Positions 55,909 through 64,000 of a stretch of DNA of 64,000 nucleotides are shown here, one piece after another. The position numbers and the translations under genes were made by a program. Every line of letters starts with the position of its first letter. Position 1 is the stretch's first letter. The stretch spans positions 1,120,001-1,184,000 of the forward strand of contig CAXXMD010000002.1 in NCBI GenBank assembly GCA_963675755.2, given 5' to 3'. The notes beneath the pieces were generated by a model. It did no database searches, was not told the origin of the DNA, and worked only from the letters and a program-made list of their open reading frames with translations. The stretch comes from a bacterium. GTDB taxonomy: Bacteria; Zhuqueibacterota; Zhuqueibacteria; Residuimicrobiales; Krinioviventaceae.

Positions 55909-56919
55909 TTATATTTTCCTTACACGTATTGTATACGCGTGTTTTGGATTTTCAACCAATAACTGATTAATTTCCAAATCGGTAAATCCACTATTTTTTA
56001 ACGCCGGGATCAGCTTTAGAGACAAAGAAGCATAATCCCGAAAATCACCTCCATCCTGTTCTCCCACATGGTACCACCCAGCATCATGCGATAACAAGAC
56101 ATGGTTCAACACATTACTCGCTTTCATTATGGAAAGCATTTTAACAATCGATTCAATTTGTTTCGGATCGTCACGCATTTTATCTATGGAAATCCATCCG
56201 CCCTGTTTTGCAAACCGGATACGTTCATCATCCGTACCCCGGTTAGCATGTGTCCATATAAACGCCTCTGGTGCAACACCTTCTTCTTCAAGTATTTCTA
56301 ACTGATGAAAAGCCGGTGAACCGGGACCGGTATGTGAATTGATTGTTAATCCGGTAGCAAGGTGAGTTTTTGCTGCAGCGCGGGCAAGCTTGGCGTGCAG
56401 TTCAGATAAAACAGAATCTCTGGCAACTGCAATTTTTATAAAACCCGGTTTAATCCCCGTATCTTCAATACCATTCTTCCATTCGGCAATCCATCTTTCA
56501 GCCAATTGGTCAGCTGTTTCGGTAAAGGCGTATTGGGGAATAAATTGATCTTTCATAGCTCCATATAATCCGGTGTTGGTAAGAATATGTATCCCGGATT
56601 TTTCAGACAGCATTTTACACAGTAAGGGATCTCGTCCCAGATATTGCGGTGTACATTCAACAAGGGTTTGAATTCCAAGTTCTTTAATTTGTTGCAGATA
56701 TGGTAAAACTTTGGCAGTAACCTCATCCTTGTCCCAGCGATGGTATCCGGTACTGTCTGCTCCTATAAAATCCACCAAAACATGTTCATGACTCAACGTC
56801 TGGCCCATATCATTCGATGAAATGGAACCTTTCACAGTCATTACAATGCTGGTTTCTTTTTGATTTGAACAGGAAACCAGAACCAGCAAAAGAATCAGAT
56901 AAAATATCTTTTTAATCAT
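55909..56919 (-). CDS. Phosphotriesterase-family metallohydrolase/lactonase lipoprotein
   Basis: Lipobox LVSC; HEH, GRD, FIKIA, SHT, THA, SHDAG. Confidence 0.88.
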   Translation of the reverse strand: MIKKIFYLILLLVLVSCSNQKETSIVMTVKGSISSNDMGQTLSHEHVLVDFIGADSTGYHRWDKDEVTAKVLPYLQQIKELGIQTLVECTPQYLGRDPLLCKMLSEKSGIHILTNTGLYGAMKDQFIPQYAFTETADQLAERWIAEWKNGIEDTGIKPGFIKIAVARDSVLSELHAKLARAAAKTHLATGLTINSHTGPGSPAFHQLEILEEEGVAPEAFIWTHANRGTDDERIRFAKQGGWISIDKMRDDPKQIESIVKMLSIMKASNVLNHVLLSHDAGWYHVGEQDGGDFRDYASLSLKLIPALKNSGFTDLEINQLLVENPKHAYTIRVRKI

Positions 56920-56929
56920 ATTCTACGCC

Positions 56930-57943
56930 CTACAAGCTTTTTATAGTATTCCAGATGTTTTCATTCATGGGAATTCCTTTTTCCAGGTTATCATTGCGTA
57001 TTTGTAAAACACGTTCTCCCGGATAAGTTATTTCAGTGGAGCTGTTTGATGGTTCGGATTTTTTCACATCTTGAATTATACTGTCTACAACATCCATTAC
57101 ATGATTTACAGAATGGAGTTTATTAATATCAATCGCAATGAAAACCTGAGACACATTGTATTCGCGAATAGGATCTCCGCCAAGATCACCAATCTGCCTT
57201 GTAGATAATCCGCCCGAGATGAGTGTTGCAATAATGTCCAACAACATTGAGAGCCCTGCCCCTTTCCAGTATCCTACGGACAAGGGGCGTTGCGCTGCAA
57301 GAATATCTGCCGGATCCGTAGTCAATTCCCCCGCATCGTTGAATCCACCGGGTATAGATAATTGCTGTCCAGCCTGTTTAACAACCTCCATCTTGCCATA
57401 TGAAAACTGAGACATGGCCATATCAAGCACAACCGGTGTTTCTTTTCCAGGTACTGCCAAAACCAAGGGATTGTTTCCCAGGCGGCAATCAGCTGCTCCC
57501 CATGCAGGCATATTGGGCATCGTGTTCGTCCAGCCGATATAAATAAATCCATCAGCAGCCACACGGCGACCATAGGAACCCGCCCGCATCCAGTGGTTGG
57601 TATGAGCCAAACCAACACAACCAATACCAAACTCTGTGGCAAGCAATTTTGCACGGTCTGCCATTGCCAATGCATTCAAAATACCCGGGCCCAGCTTTCC
57701 GTCCCATTGTTCCAATGCCCCCATTGCATTTACTTTTTCAGGTTCTGCATCTACAATCACCAATTTGCGCTTGATCTGATCAATAAACCGGGGGAACCGG
57801 TTAGCACCATGAGAGTACACGCCTTCAAGGCTGGATTCTGCAAATACAAAAGCCAAAGTTTCAGCTTTTTCAGTGGTAAATCCATACTTTTCCAACACCC
57901 TTATAAACTCGGCTTGCATCTCATTAAATTGGATTCTTTTCAT
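56930..57943 (-). CDS. yiaK: 3-dehydro-L-gulonate 2-dehydrogenase (2,3-diketo-L-gulonate reductase, Ldh_2 family)
   Basis: GVYSHGANRFPRF, TNHWMR.G.YG, MPAWG, GNNPL, DMAMSQFSYG, GYWKGAGLS. Confidence 0.9.
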   Translation of the reverse strand: MKRIQFNEMQAEFIRVLEKYGFTTEKAETLAFVFAESSLEGVYSHGANRFPRFIDQIKRKLVIVDAEPEKVNAMGALEQWDGKLGPGILNALAMADRAKLLATEFGIGCVGLAHTNHWMRAGSYGRRVAADGFIYIGWTNTMPNMPAWGAADCRLGNNPLVLAVPGKETPVVLDMAMSQFSYGKMEVVKQAGQQLSIPGGFNDAGELTTDPADILAAQRPLSVGYWKGAGLSMLLDIIATLISGGLSTRQIGDLGGDPIREYNVSQVFIAIDINKLHSVNHVMDVVDSIIQDVKKSEPSNSSTEITYPGERVLQIRNDNLEKGIPMNENIWNTIKSL

Positions 57944-57980
57944 ATTTCACCTGCACTCTGGTTAATGATCAATCCTGGAA

Positions 57981-58565
57981 TCAAAGTTTTGCAGCTTTAC
58001 GATTTTCGATAAATCTTAAAACAAGTTGATAAACTGCAATAACAAAATATGCACAACAAACACCAACAAAGGCTCCTACCAAAACATCAATAGGATAGTG
58101 AACACCTACATAAATCCTTGAAATCCCTACAAGCACCGCAAAAGTCCAATACACATACCAAGCTTTTGGAAAAAAATAGGTAAAAAAGGCAGCTGTTGCA
58201 AAAGAATTGGCTGCATGAGCTGAGGGGAAAGAGAATGATGTTTTCATTCCAATCAACATGTTTACATTTTCAAGAGCAACACAGGGCCTGGCTCTTCCAA
58301 TCAAAGGTTTCAGGAAACCTGCAGATATCTGATCGCTTAAAGTTATCACAAAAATAATTAATAAAGCAGCAATTCTTCCCCTTTTGCCCCCTTTCCATAA
58401 TAACCAGACATAAAAAACCAGAAATACAGGGTACCAATGTTTCTGGTTCGTAATAAAAGGCATAAACCAATCAAAAAATGGATTACTAAGCGAATGATTA
58501 AAAAAATAAAAAACAACAGTATCTATATGCTGAAGCCATTCCATTGTAAAAATCCTCTGTATCAA
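57981..58565 (-). CDS. PAP2-family membrane phosphatase
   Basis: K...GRARP, SFPSAHA, SRIYVGVHYP.D. Confidence 0.9.
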   Translation of the reverse strand: MIQRIFTMEWLQHIDTVVFYFFNHSLSNPFFDWFMPFITNQKHWYPVFLVFYVWLLWKGGKRGRIAALLIIFVITLSDQISAGFLKPLIGRARPCVALENVNMLIGMKTSFSFPSAHAANSFATAAFFTYFFPKAWYVYWTFAVLVGISRIYVGVHYPIDVLVGAFVGVCCAYFVIAVYQLVLRFIENRKAAKL

Positions 58566-58740
58566 ATTTGAACTTTTTGAATATATGAATATGGAATAAT
58601 TTTTGCAAATTTTAATTCGGAAAAATAAACCAAATTAGCATAAAGCAATATTTAACAATATCTTAACATAACAAACAAAACCTTAAACAATGCAGATATA
58701 GAGTCCAAATTAACCCCTTAATGCCCAAAGGACACACCGT

Positions 58741-61698
58741 ATGGAAACCAGCTTATTTCAAGAATTCGTAGATCATTACAATATTTCTTATATTTTCACA
58801 GATACCAACCATAAAATTTTAAAAATGGAGGGCATGCTTTTCCCCAAACTGGTAAGCAATCTGCATTATATAGATATCAAAGATCAACAGTTATGGGACA
58901 TACTCCCCTTTCTTGAACCCTATCGTACACGAATGACCGGTGTGTATAGCGGGCATACTCCAAAATATTCATTCAATTTTAAAAGTGAAAACCCAAAGCT
59001 GGAAGAAATCCAAATCAACGTAATATCAAAAACTGATAAAGATCCCGCCGGTTTTTTATATATTTTTAATGAATTGAATGAAAACGGTAAAAGCAAAGTT
59101 GGCAATACATTTCAAATTTTACCTTCAAGAGACATACAACAATCTATATATAAACAGCAATACGAATTATCTGATCTCATTCCCCTTTCTGATTTGCAAC
59201 ACTTTCAGGATATGTTTGCTGATGCCACACGTGTAGCTTCATTAATTCTCGACGTTAATGGACACGCAATCACCAAGCCCAGTAATTATAATCCGGTTTG
59301 TAAACGTATTCAAAAACATATCAAAGGGATACAGGATTGTCAATTTTCAGATAACAAGCTTGCTGTAAAAGCCAAACAAGAGGAACAGATTGTATACCAG
59401 AGATGTGACAATTGTGATTTTCTAAACGCTGCTATACCAATTTGGGTAGCTGGCAGACATATCGCCAATTGGATGGTTGGGCAAATAAAAACAGGCCCTA
59501 CAGATAATAACAGGATCATAGAATACGCTCAAAAACTCCACATTGATGAAAACGAGTTACTTGAAAATTACGAACAATTGAAACCCATGTCAGAACAAGA
59601 GTTTAAAAGCAGGGTTGAATTATTGAACATTTTTGTACAAAAACTCTCAATATACATGTACAACAATATGATCATGGCATCTGAAATTGTAAATCTCAAC
59701 CAGATTCGTCATGACCTGGACCATGAAAGAAATTTATTACAGACATTGATGGATAACATTCCAGACTTTATCTATTTTAAAGACAATGAAAGCAAATTTA
59801 CCAGAGTTAATATTGCTCATGCCCACAATTTAAATGTTTACAGCCCTTCAAAAGCAATAGGCTTTACTGATTTTGATTTTATTGATGAAGAAACAGCCAG
59901 AGAAACAGCAGAAGACGAAAACAATCTTCTCAATACCGGCAGGCCCTTGATCGGTAAAATTGAAATGATAAAAAAGCTGGATGGCAAAATACGGTGGATA
60001 TCTACAACCAAAGTCCCCGTCAAAGATGGCAACGGTCAAATTACCGGCCTGGTTGGAATATCACGCGATATTACAAAAATTAAAAGAGCCGAAGAGCGAT
60101 TATTAAAAAAGAATGAGCAATTGGATAAAGCTCTTCAAGCAGCACAACAGGCAACACAGGCTAAATCAGAATTCCTTGCCAATATGAGTCATGAAATCAG
60201 AACACCGATGAATGGTGTAATTGGAATGACGAGTTTGCTGCAAAATACTGATCTTGACCCTGAACAAAAAGAATATGTAGATACCATTAAAACCAGTGGT
60301 GATGGTTTGATGGTAATCATAAATGATATTCTGGACTTTTCCAAGATAGAATCAGGCAAAATGGAACTGGAACAACATCCTTTTGACATTCGTGAATGTG
60401 TTGAAGAAACATTGAATATTCATTCACCAAATGCAAACAAAAAGGGATTGGAACTCACCTGCCTCTTTGATCCCAGTACTCCTACAAAAATCATTGGAGA
60501 TGTAACGCGTATCAGACAGGTCCTTAATAATCTCCTGGGAAATGCAATAAAGTTCACCAAAGAAGGTGAAGTTGTGGTATATGTGAGATCCCGTGAGAAA
60601 AAAGACGACTTTTATGAACTTGAATTTGCTATTCAAGATACCGGTATTGGTATTGCAGAAGAAAGAATGGGACTTTTGTTTCAGGCATTCAGCCAGGTAG
60701 ATGCCTCTATTACACGGAAATACGGAGGTACAGGTCTTGGACTAGCCATAAGTAAAAAGCTGTCAAATCTTATGGGTGGAGATATCTGGGTTAAAAGTAA
60801 AGCAGGAAAAGGTTCAACTTTTTACTTTACTATACAAACCAAAATCTCTAAAGCTATTATTAGTGATGACGCATTAACCAAAACGCTTGATAACAAGAGT
60901 ATTCTAATTGTTGATGATAATGACACAAATCGTCGTATTCTCGAATTACAGACACGTGCCTGGAATATGAAAACAGACAATACCGGGTATCCCCTAAAAG
61001 CATTAGAATGGCTCAAACAAGGCAAATCATATGATGTTATCCTGTTAGATATGATGATGCCGGAAATGGATGGATTAACACTAGCTGAAGAAATCCGCAA
61101 GCTGGATGCCCATAAAGGTACGCATCTTATCATGCTTACATCCGTAACCCGTACAGATGAGCATAACCAGCGGTTTAAAGATTTAAATTTTAGTAATGTA
61201 CTTTCAAAACCAGTAAGACAGGCAGTATTGATGAACACACTGGTTGAAGCATTTAGCGGAAAACAAGCCGAACAAAAAGAAAATGTTATCTTCAAGATGG
61301 ATGAACAGATGGCTGAACAATACCCGTTGAATATTCTTGTTGCTGAAGATAACAAAATTAATCAACGCCTGGCGCTCAAAGTATTAAAAAAACTGGGATA
61401 TGATGCAACCATTGCTGAAAATGGTAAAGAAGCAATTGATATGATGGAAAAACAATCTTTTGATATCATATTTATGGATATTCAAATGCCCATCATGGAT
61501 GGTTTTGAAACCACGCAATACATAATAAATAAATGGCACGATGATCGGCCTCGTATTATTGCTATGACAGCAAATGCCATGGAAGGTGACAAAGAAGCAT
61601 GTTTAAATGCGGGGATGGACGCATATATCAGTAAACCCATCAATATCAAAAGTTTGGTAAATGAATTAAAAAACAACTATCCAGACATTAATGAATGA
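58741..61698 (+). CDS. Cytoplasmic hybrid histidine kinase: PocR-like sensor, PAS, HisKA, HATPase, two receivers
   Basis: [12 protein letters not shown]..., [18 protein letters not shown] (PocR-like); PAS/PAC; [15 protein letters not shown]; two receiver domains. Confidence 0.92.
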   Translation: METSLFQEFVDHYNISYIFTDTNHKILKMEGMLFPKLVSNLHYIDIKDQQLWDILPFLEPYRTRMTGVYSGHTPKYSFNFKSENPKLEEIQINVISKTDKDPAGFLYIFNELNENGKSKVGNTFQILPSRDIQQSIYKQQYELSDLIPLSDLQHFQDMFADATRVASLILDVNGHAITKPSNYNPVCKRIQKHIKGIQDCQFSDNKLAVKAKQEEQIVYQRCDNCDFLNAAIPIWVAGRHIANWMVGQIKTGPTDNNRIIEYAQKLHIDENELLENYEQLKPMSEQEFKSRVELLNIFVQKLSIYMYNNMIMASEIVNLNQIRHDLDHERNLLQTLMDNIPDFIYFKDNESKFTRVNIAHAHNLNVYSPSKAIGFTDFDFIDEETARETAEDENNLLNTGRPLIGKIEMIKKLDGKIRWISTTKVPVKDGNGQITGLVGISRDITKIKRAEERLLKKNEQLDKALQAAQQATQAKSEFLANMSHEIRTPMNGVIGMTSLLQNTDLDPEQKEYVDTIKTSGDGLMVIINDILDFSKIESGKMELEQHPFDIRECVEETLNIHSPNANKKGLELTCLFDPSTPTKIIGDVTRIRQVLNNLLGNAIKFTKEGEVVVYVRSREKKDDFYELEFAIQDTGIGIAEERMGLLFQAFSQVDASITRKYGGTGLGLAISKKLSNLMGGDIWVKSKAGKGSTFYFTIQTKISKAIISDDALTKTLDNKSILIVDDNDTNRRILELQTRAWNMKTDNTGYPLKALEWLKQGKSYDVILLDMMMPEMDGLTLAEEIRKLDAHKGTHLIMLTSVTRTDEHNQRFKDLNFSNVLSKPVRQAVLMNTLVEAFSGKQAEQKENVIFKMDEQMAEQYPLNILVAEDNKINQRLALKVLKKLGYDATIAENGKEAIDMMEKQSFDIIFMDIQMPIMDGFETTQYIINKWHDDRPRIIAMTANAMEGDKEACLNAGMDAYISKPINIKSLVNELKNNYPDINE

Positions 61699-61714
61699 AA
61701 TGGTGATACGATAA

Positions 61715-64000
61715 ATGATCCAATTTAAAAAAATACTCGTTGTCTGTTTTTTCTTTTTCAATATTTCTTTTATCTTTGCTCAGAACATTGAATTTCTAAG
61801 GTCAAGAAACGAGCAGCTGGAACATCGTGATTTGAATAGATACAGGTGGGACCATTTGACTAAAAGTGATGGATTGGGTCAGGGTAATGTTGACTATATT
61901 TTGAAAAAATCAGATGGAAACATATGGATGGTTACCGGCAGCCAGGGCGCAGAAGGCACAGGCATAACCATTTGGGATGGATATAAATTTCGAAAGCTAA
62001 CTACAGATAATGGGCTCTCTACGAATCAAATCACATCAATTATAGAAGATCTGAATGGAAATGTCTGGATAGGTACAAAAACAAAAGGATTGGCAGTATA
62101 TCTCAACGATAATATTTGGAAATATTATACCACAAAAGATGGATTAAAAAACAATTTTATTACTTCTTTATACGCTGACAGACAGGGTCGAATTTGGGCA
62201 GGCACATTAAATGGCGTGTCGTTTTTTCAAAATAACGAATTCTTTTCACTTCAGCATACCCCAATGGTAGATTCTTTAGCAATTCAAGCTATTTATCAGG
62301 CACCTGACAAGAGCATGTGGTTTGCTCAGGAACCCGGAAATGTATATCGCTATAAGGATGGCAAATGGAAAAACTGGACTTTATCACCTAATTCACTTTG
62401 GACTAATATTAATCATTACAACTTTATTGAATTCACCCAAAATGAATTGTGGCTGCCTTCCAATAATGGTATATATATATTTAACAGGGATCAATACAAG
62501 CATATTGATACCCGTCATGGTCTACCCGGAAATCAAATTACAGATTTAAAAAAATTCAGCGACGGAAAACTATATATCTGCACAGAATTTAATGGAATAG
62601 GTATATATGATGGAAATATATGGAGACATTATAACGATTATGACGGACTTGGTAATGATGTAACATTTTCAATTGTTGAAAATGAAGATAATATTCTAAT
62701 TGGTACCATGACGGGGCTCACTATATGGCATCCATCAAATTGGCAATACATTACAAGACAAAACGGTCTGTTAACCAATAGTGTACGTAATGTATTAATT
62801 CAGGAGGATAACAGTATATGGTTTTCAACTCCTATGGGTATTGCTGTTAACGAAAATGGTAATTGGCGATATTTTCATCAAAAAGATGGCTTGCCTGGGA
62901 AATTCTGCAATAAACTATACAGCGATGACCAAAACAATGTCTGGGTAACCTGTACTGACTGGCAATCAAAAGAAAGCGGTATGGCACTTTATAATAAAAG
63001 AACATCAAAATTTGATTATAAAGGAAACTTTCAAACTTTTATTTTTAAAAGTACAGATGGTTCATTGTGGGCAGGAAACACAAACAACTGGAAGACCAAA
63101 AGAGATCTATTGGTAAGAATTAAAGATGATGCAAAAACAACATTCAATGAACAAAATGGTTTTCCCCTCCTCTCCTGTTATGGAGGATTTGAAGCAAATG
63201 ATGGTTCTATATGGATTTATTCAAAACATAATGGAATTGCTGTTTATAAAAATGAAAACTGGAAACACATAACAATCAAAGATGGCTTGTGCAGTAATAA
63301 AATCAGTTCAATGTATCAAACTGCAAATGGGGATATTTGGGTTGGAAGCATGGACAAGGGTGTTTCAATTTACAAAGGAAATAAGTGGATTACATTTGAT
63401 AAAAAGAGCGGATTTAATGGAGCATTCATTAATAATATTCTGGAAACAAAAGAAGGTCATATCTGGTTTGGCTCAGAAGGTGATGGCATTATCATTTATG
63501 ATGGTGAAAACTTTGAACAAATGACCAAATTTGAGGGTTTGCCAAGTAATCTGATTTGGGACCTTGACCTGGCAAAAGATGGTTCAATCTGGGTCAGTAC
63601 TAAAGACAAAGGTGTTGCAATTTATAAACACTCGGAAAATAAAATACCTCATACCATTGTATATGATAATAAAAAATGGTTAATAAATAATAATAATAAT
63701 AAAAACAACTATTATACAATTTTAGAAGATAGTACTCAATATTTAAATAATGTTACCATTGCCGGTTTAAACTGTCATCCCACAAAAAAGTTTAAAGACA
63801 TTGTAATCAAAGGAAATAAAATTGATCTGTATGTTGATGGACTTGTCAAATGGCATAAAACAAACTCTGGGATGTTTAATTATTCATGGAAAATTGATGA
63901 TCAACCATGGAGTAATTATGTAAAAGGCCCCATAATTCATATAACAGATTTGACCAGCGGACCTCATACATTGTCAGTAAGGGCAAAATCCCCCTTATTT
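61715..64000 (+). CDS. Two-component-regulator beta-propeller protein with Y_Y_Y domain; runs off the window
   Basis: Hand translation from ATG 61715 (MIQFKKILVVCFFFFNISFIFAQ...). Repeated DGL..N.I..I.ED..G.IW units; terminal YSWKID...DLTSGPHTLSVRAK. Confidence 0.85.
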   Translation, partial: MIQFKKILVVCFFFFNISFIFAQNIEFLRSRNEQLEHRDLNRYRWDHLTKSDGLGQGNVDYILKKSDGNIWMVTGSQGAEGTGITIWDGYKFRKLTTDNGLSTNQITSIIEDLNGNVWIGTKTKGLAVYLNDNIWKYYTTKDGLKNNFITSLYADRQGRIWAGTLNGVSFFQNNEFFSLQHTPMVDSLAIQAIYQAPDKSMWFAQEPGNVYRYKDGKWKNWTLSPNSLWTNINHYNFIEFTQNELWLPSNNGIYIFNRDQYKHIDTRHGLPGNQITDLKKFSDGKLYICTEFNGIGIYDGNIWRHYNDYDGLGNDVTFSIVENEDNILIGTMTGLTIWHPSNWQYITRQNGLLTNSVRNVLIQEDNSIWFSTPMGIAVNENGNWRYFHQKDGLPGKFCNKLYSDDQNNVWVTCTDWQSKESGMALYNKRTSKFDYKGNFQTFIFKSTDGSLWAGNTNNWKTKRDLLVRIKDDAKTTFNEQNGFPLLSCYGGFEANDGSIWIYSKHNGIAVYKNENWKHITIKDGLCSNKISSMYQTANGDIWVGSMDKGVSIYKGNKWITFDKKSGFNGAFINNILETKEGHIWFGSEGDGIIIYDGENFEQMTKFEGLPSNLIWDLDLAKDGSIWVSTKDKGVAIYKHSENKIPHTIVYDNKKWLINNNNNKNNYYTILEDSTQYLNNVTIAGLNCHPTKKFKDIVIKGNKIDLYVDGLVKWHKTNSGMFNYSWKIDDQPWSNYVKGPIIHITDLTSGPHTLSVRAKSPLF

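Noticed and set aside
63680-63705. (AAT)n microsatellite in the propeller gene
   Set aside because: Short in-frame trinucleotide run encoding Asn; no frameshift or phase-variation potential evident.

Overview
64 kb of AT-rich chromosome from an anaerobic, Gram-negative, FCB-like bacterium. A PorV-family barrel, a T9SS-type C-terminal domain and MlaDEF suggest a KSB1/Calditrichota-like lineage (inference). Most genes are on the minus strand. No rRNA, tRNA, CRISPR array or transposase was seen. Main points: (1) A selenoprotein missed by the ORF track. The 4438..5133 ORF extends through an in-frame TGA (5287-5289, context P-C-G-U) to an ATG at 5436, giving a 332-aa UshA-like lipoprotein with a SECIS-like hairpin and a largely erased metal site. 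It lies just upstream of an Rph-like dikinase and a DUF1998 helicase. (2) An ~19 kb hydrogen-metabolism supercluster (27.2-46.3 kb). It has two multimeric [FeFe]-hydrogenases, one with electron-bifurcating signatures and one whose flavin subunit lacks most Fe-S clusters. These are interleaved with an H-cluster-domain histidine kinase, two receiver-PAS-kinases, several stand-alone receivers, a DRTGG/PHP/HATPase trio and one sigma54 activator with a candidate -24/-12 promoter and palindromic enhancer. (3) Housekeeping and fermentation genes: ptb, buk x2, apt, asnS, gpsA, purM, xylA, gdh. (4) A carbohydrate-related region (46-58 kb) whose intergenic spaces hold nested REP-like and short-period repeats.
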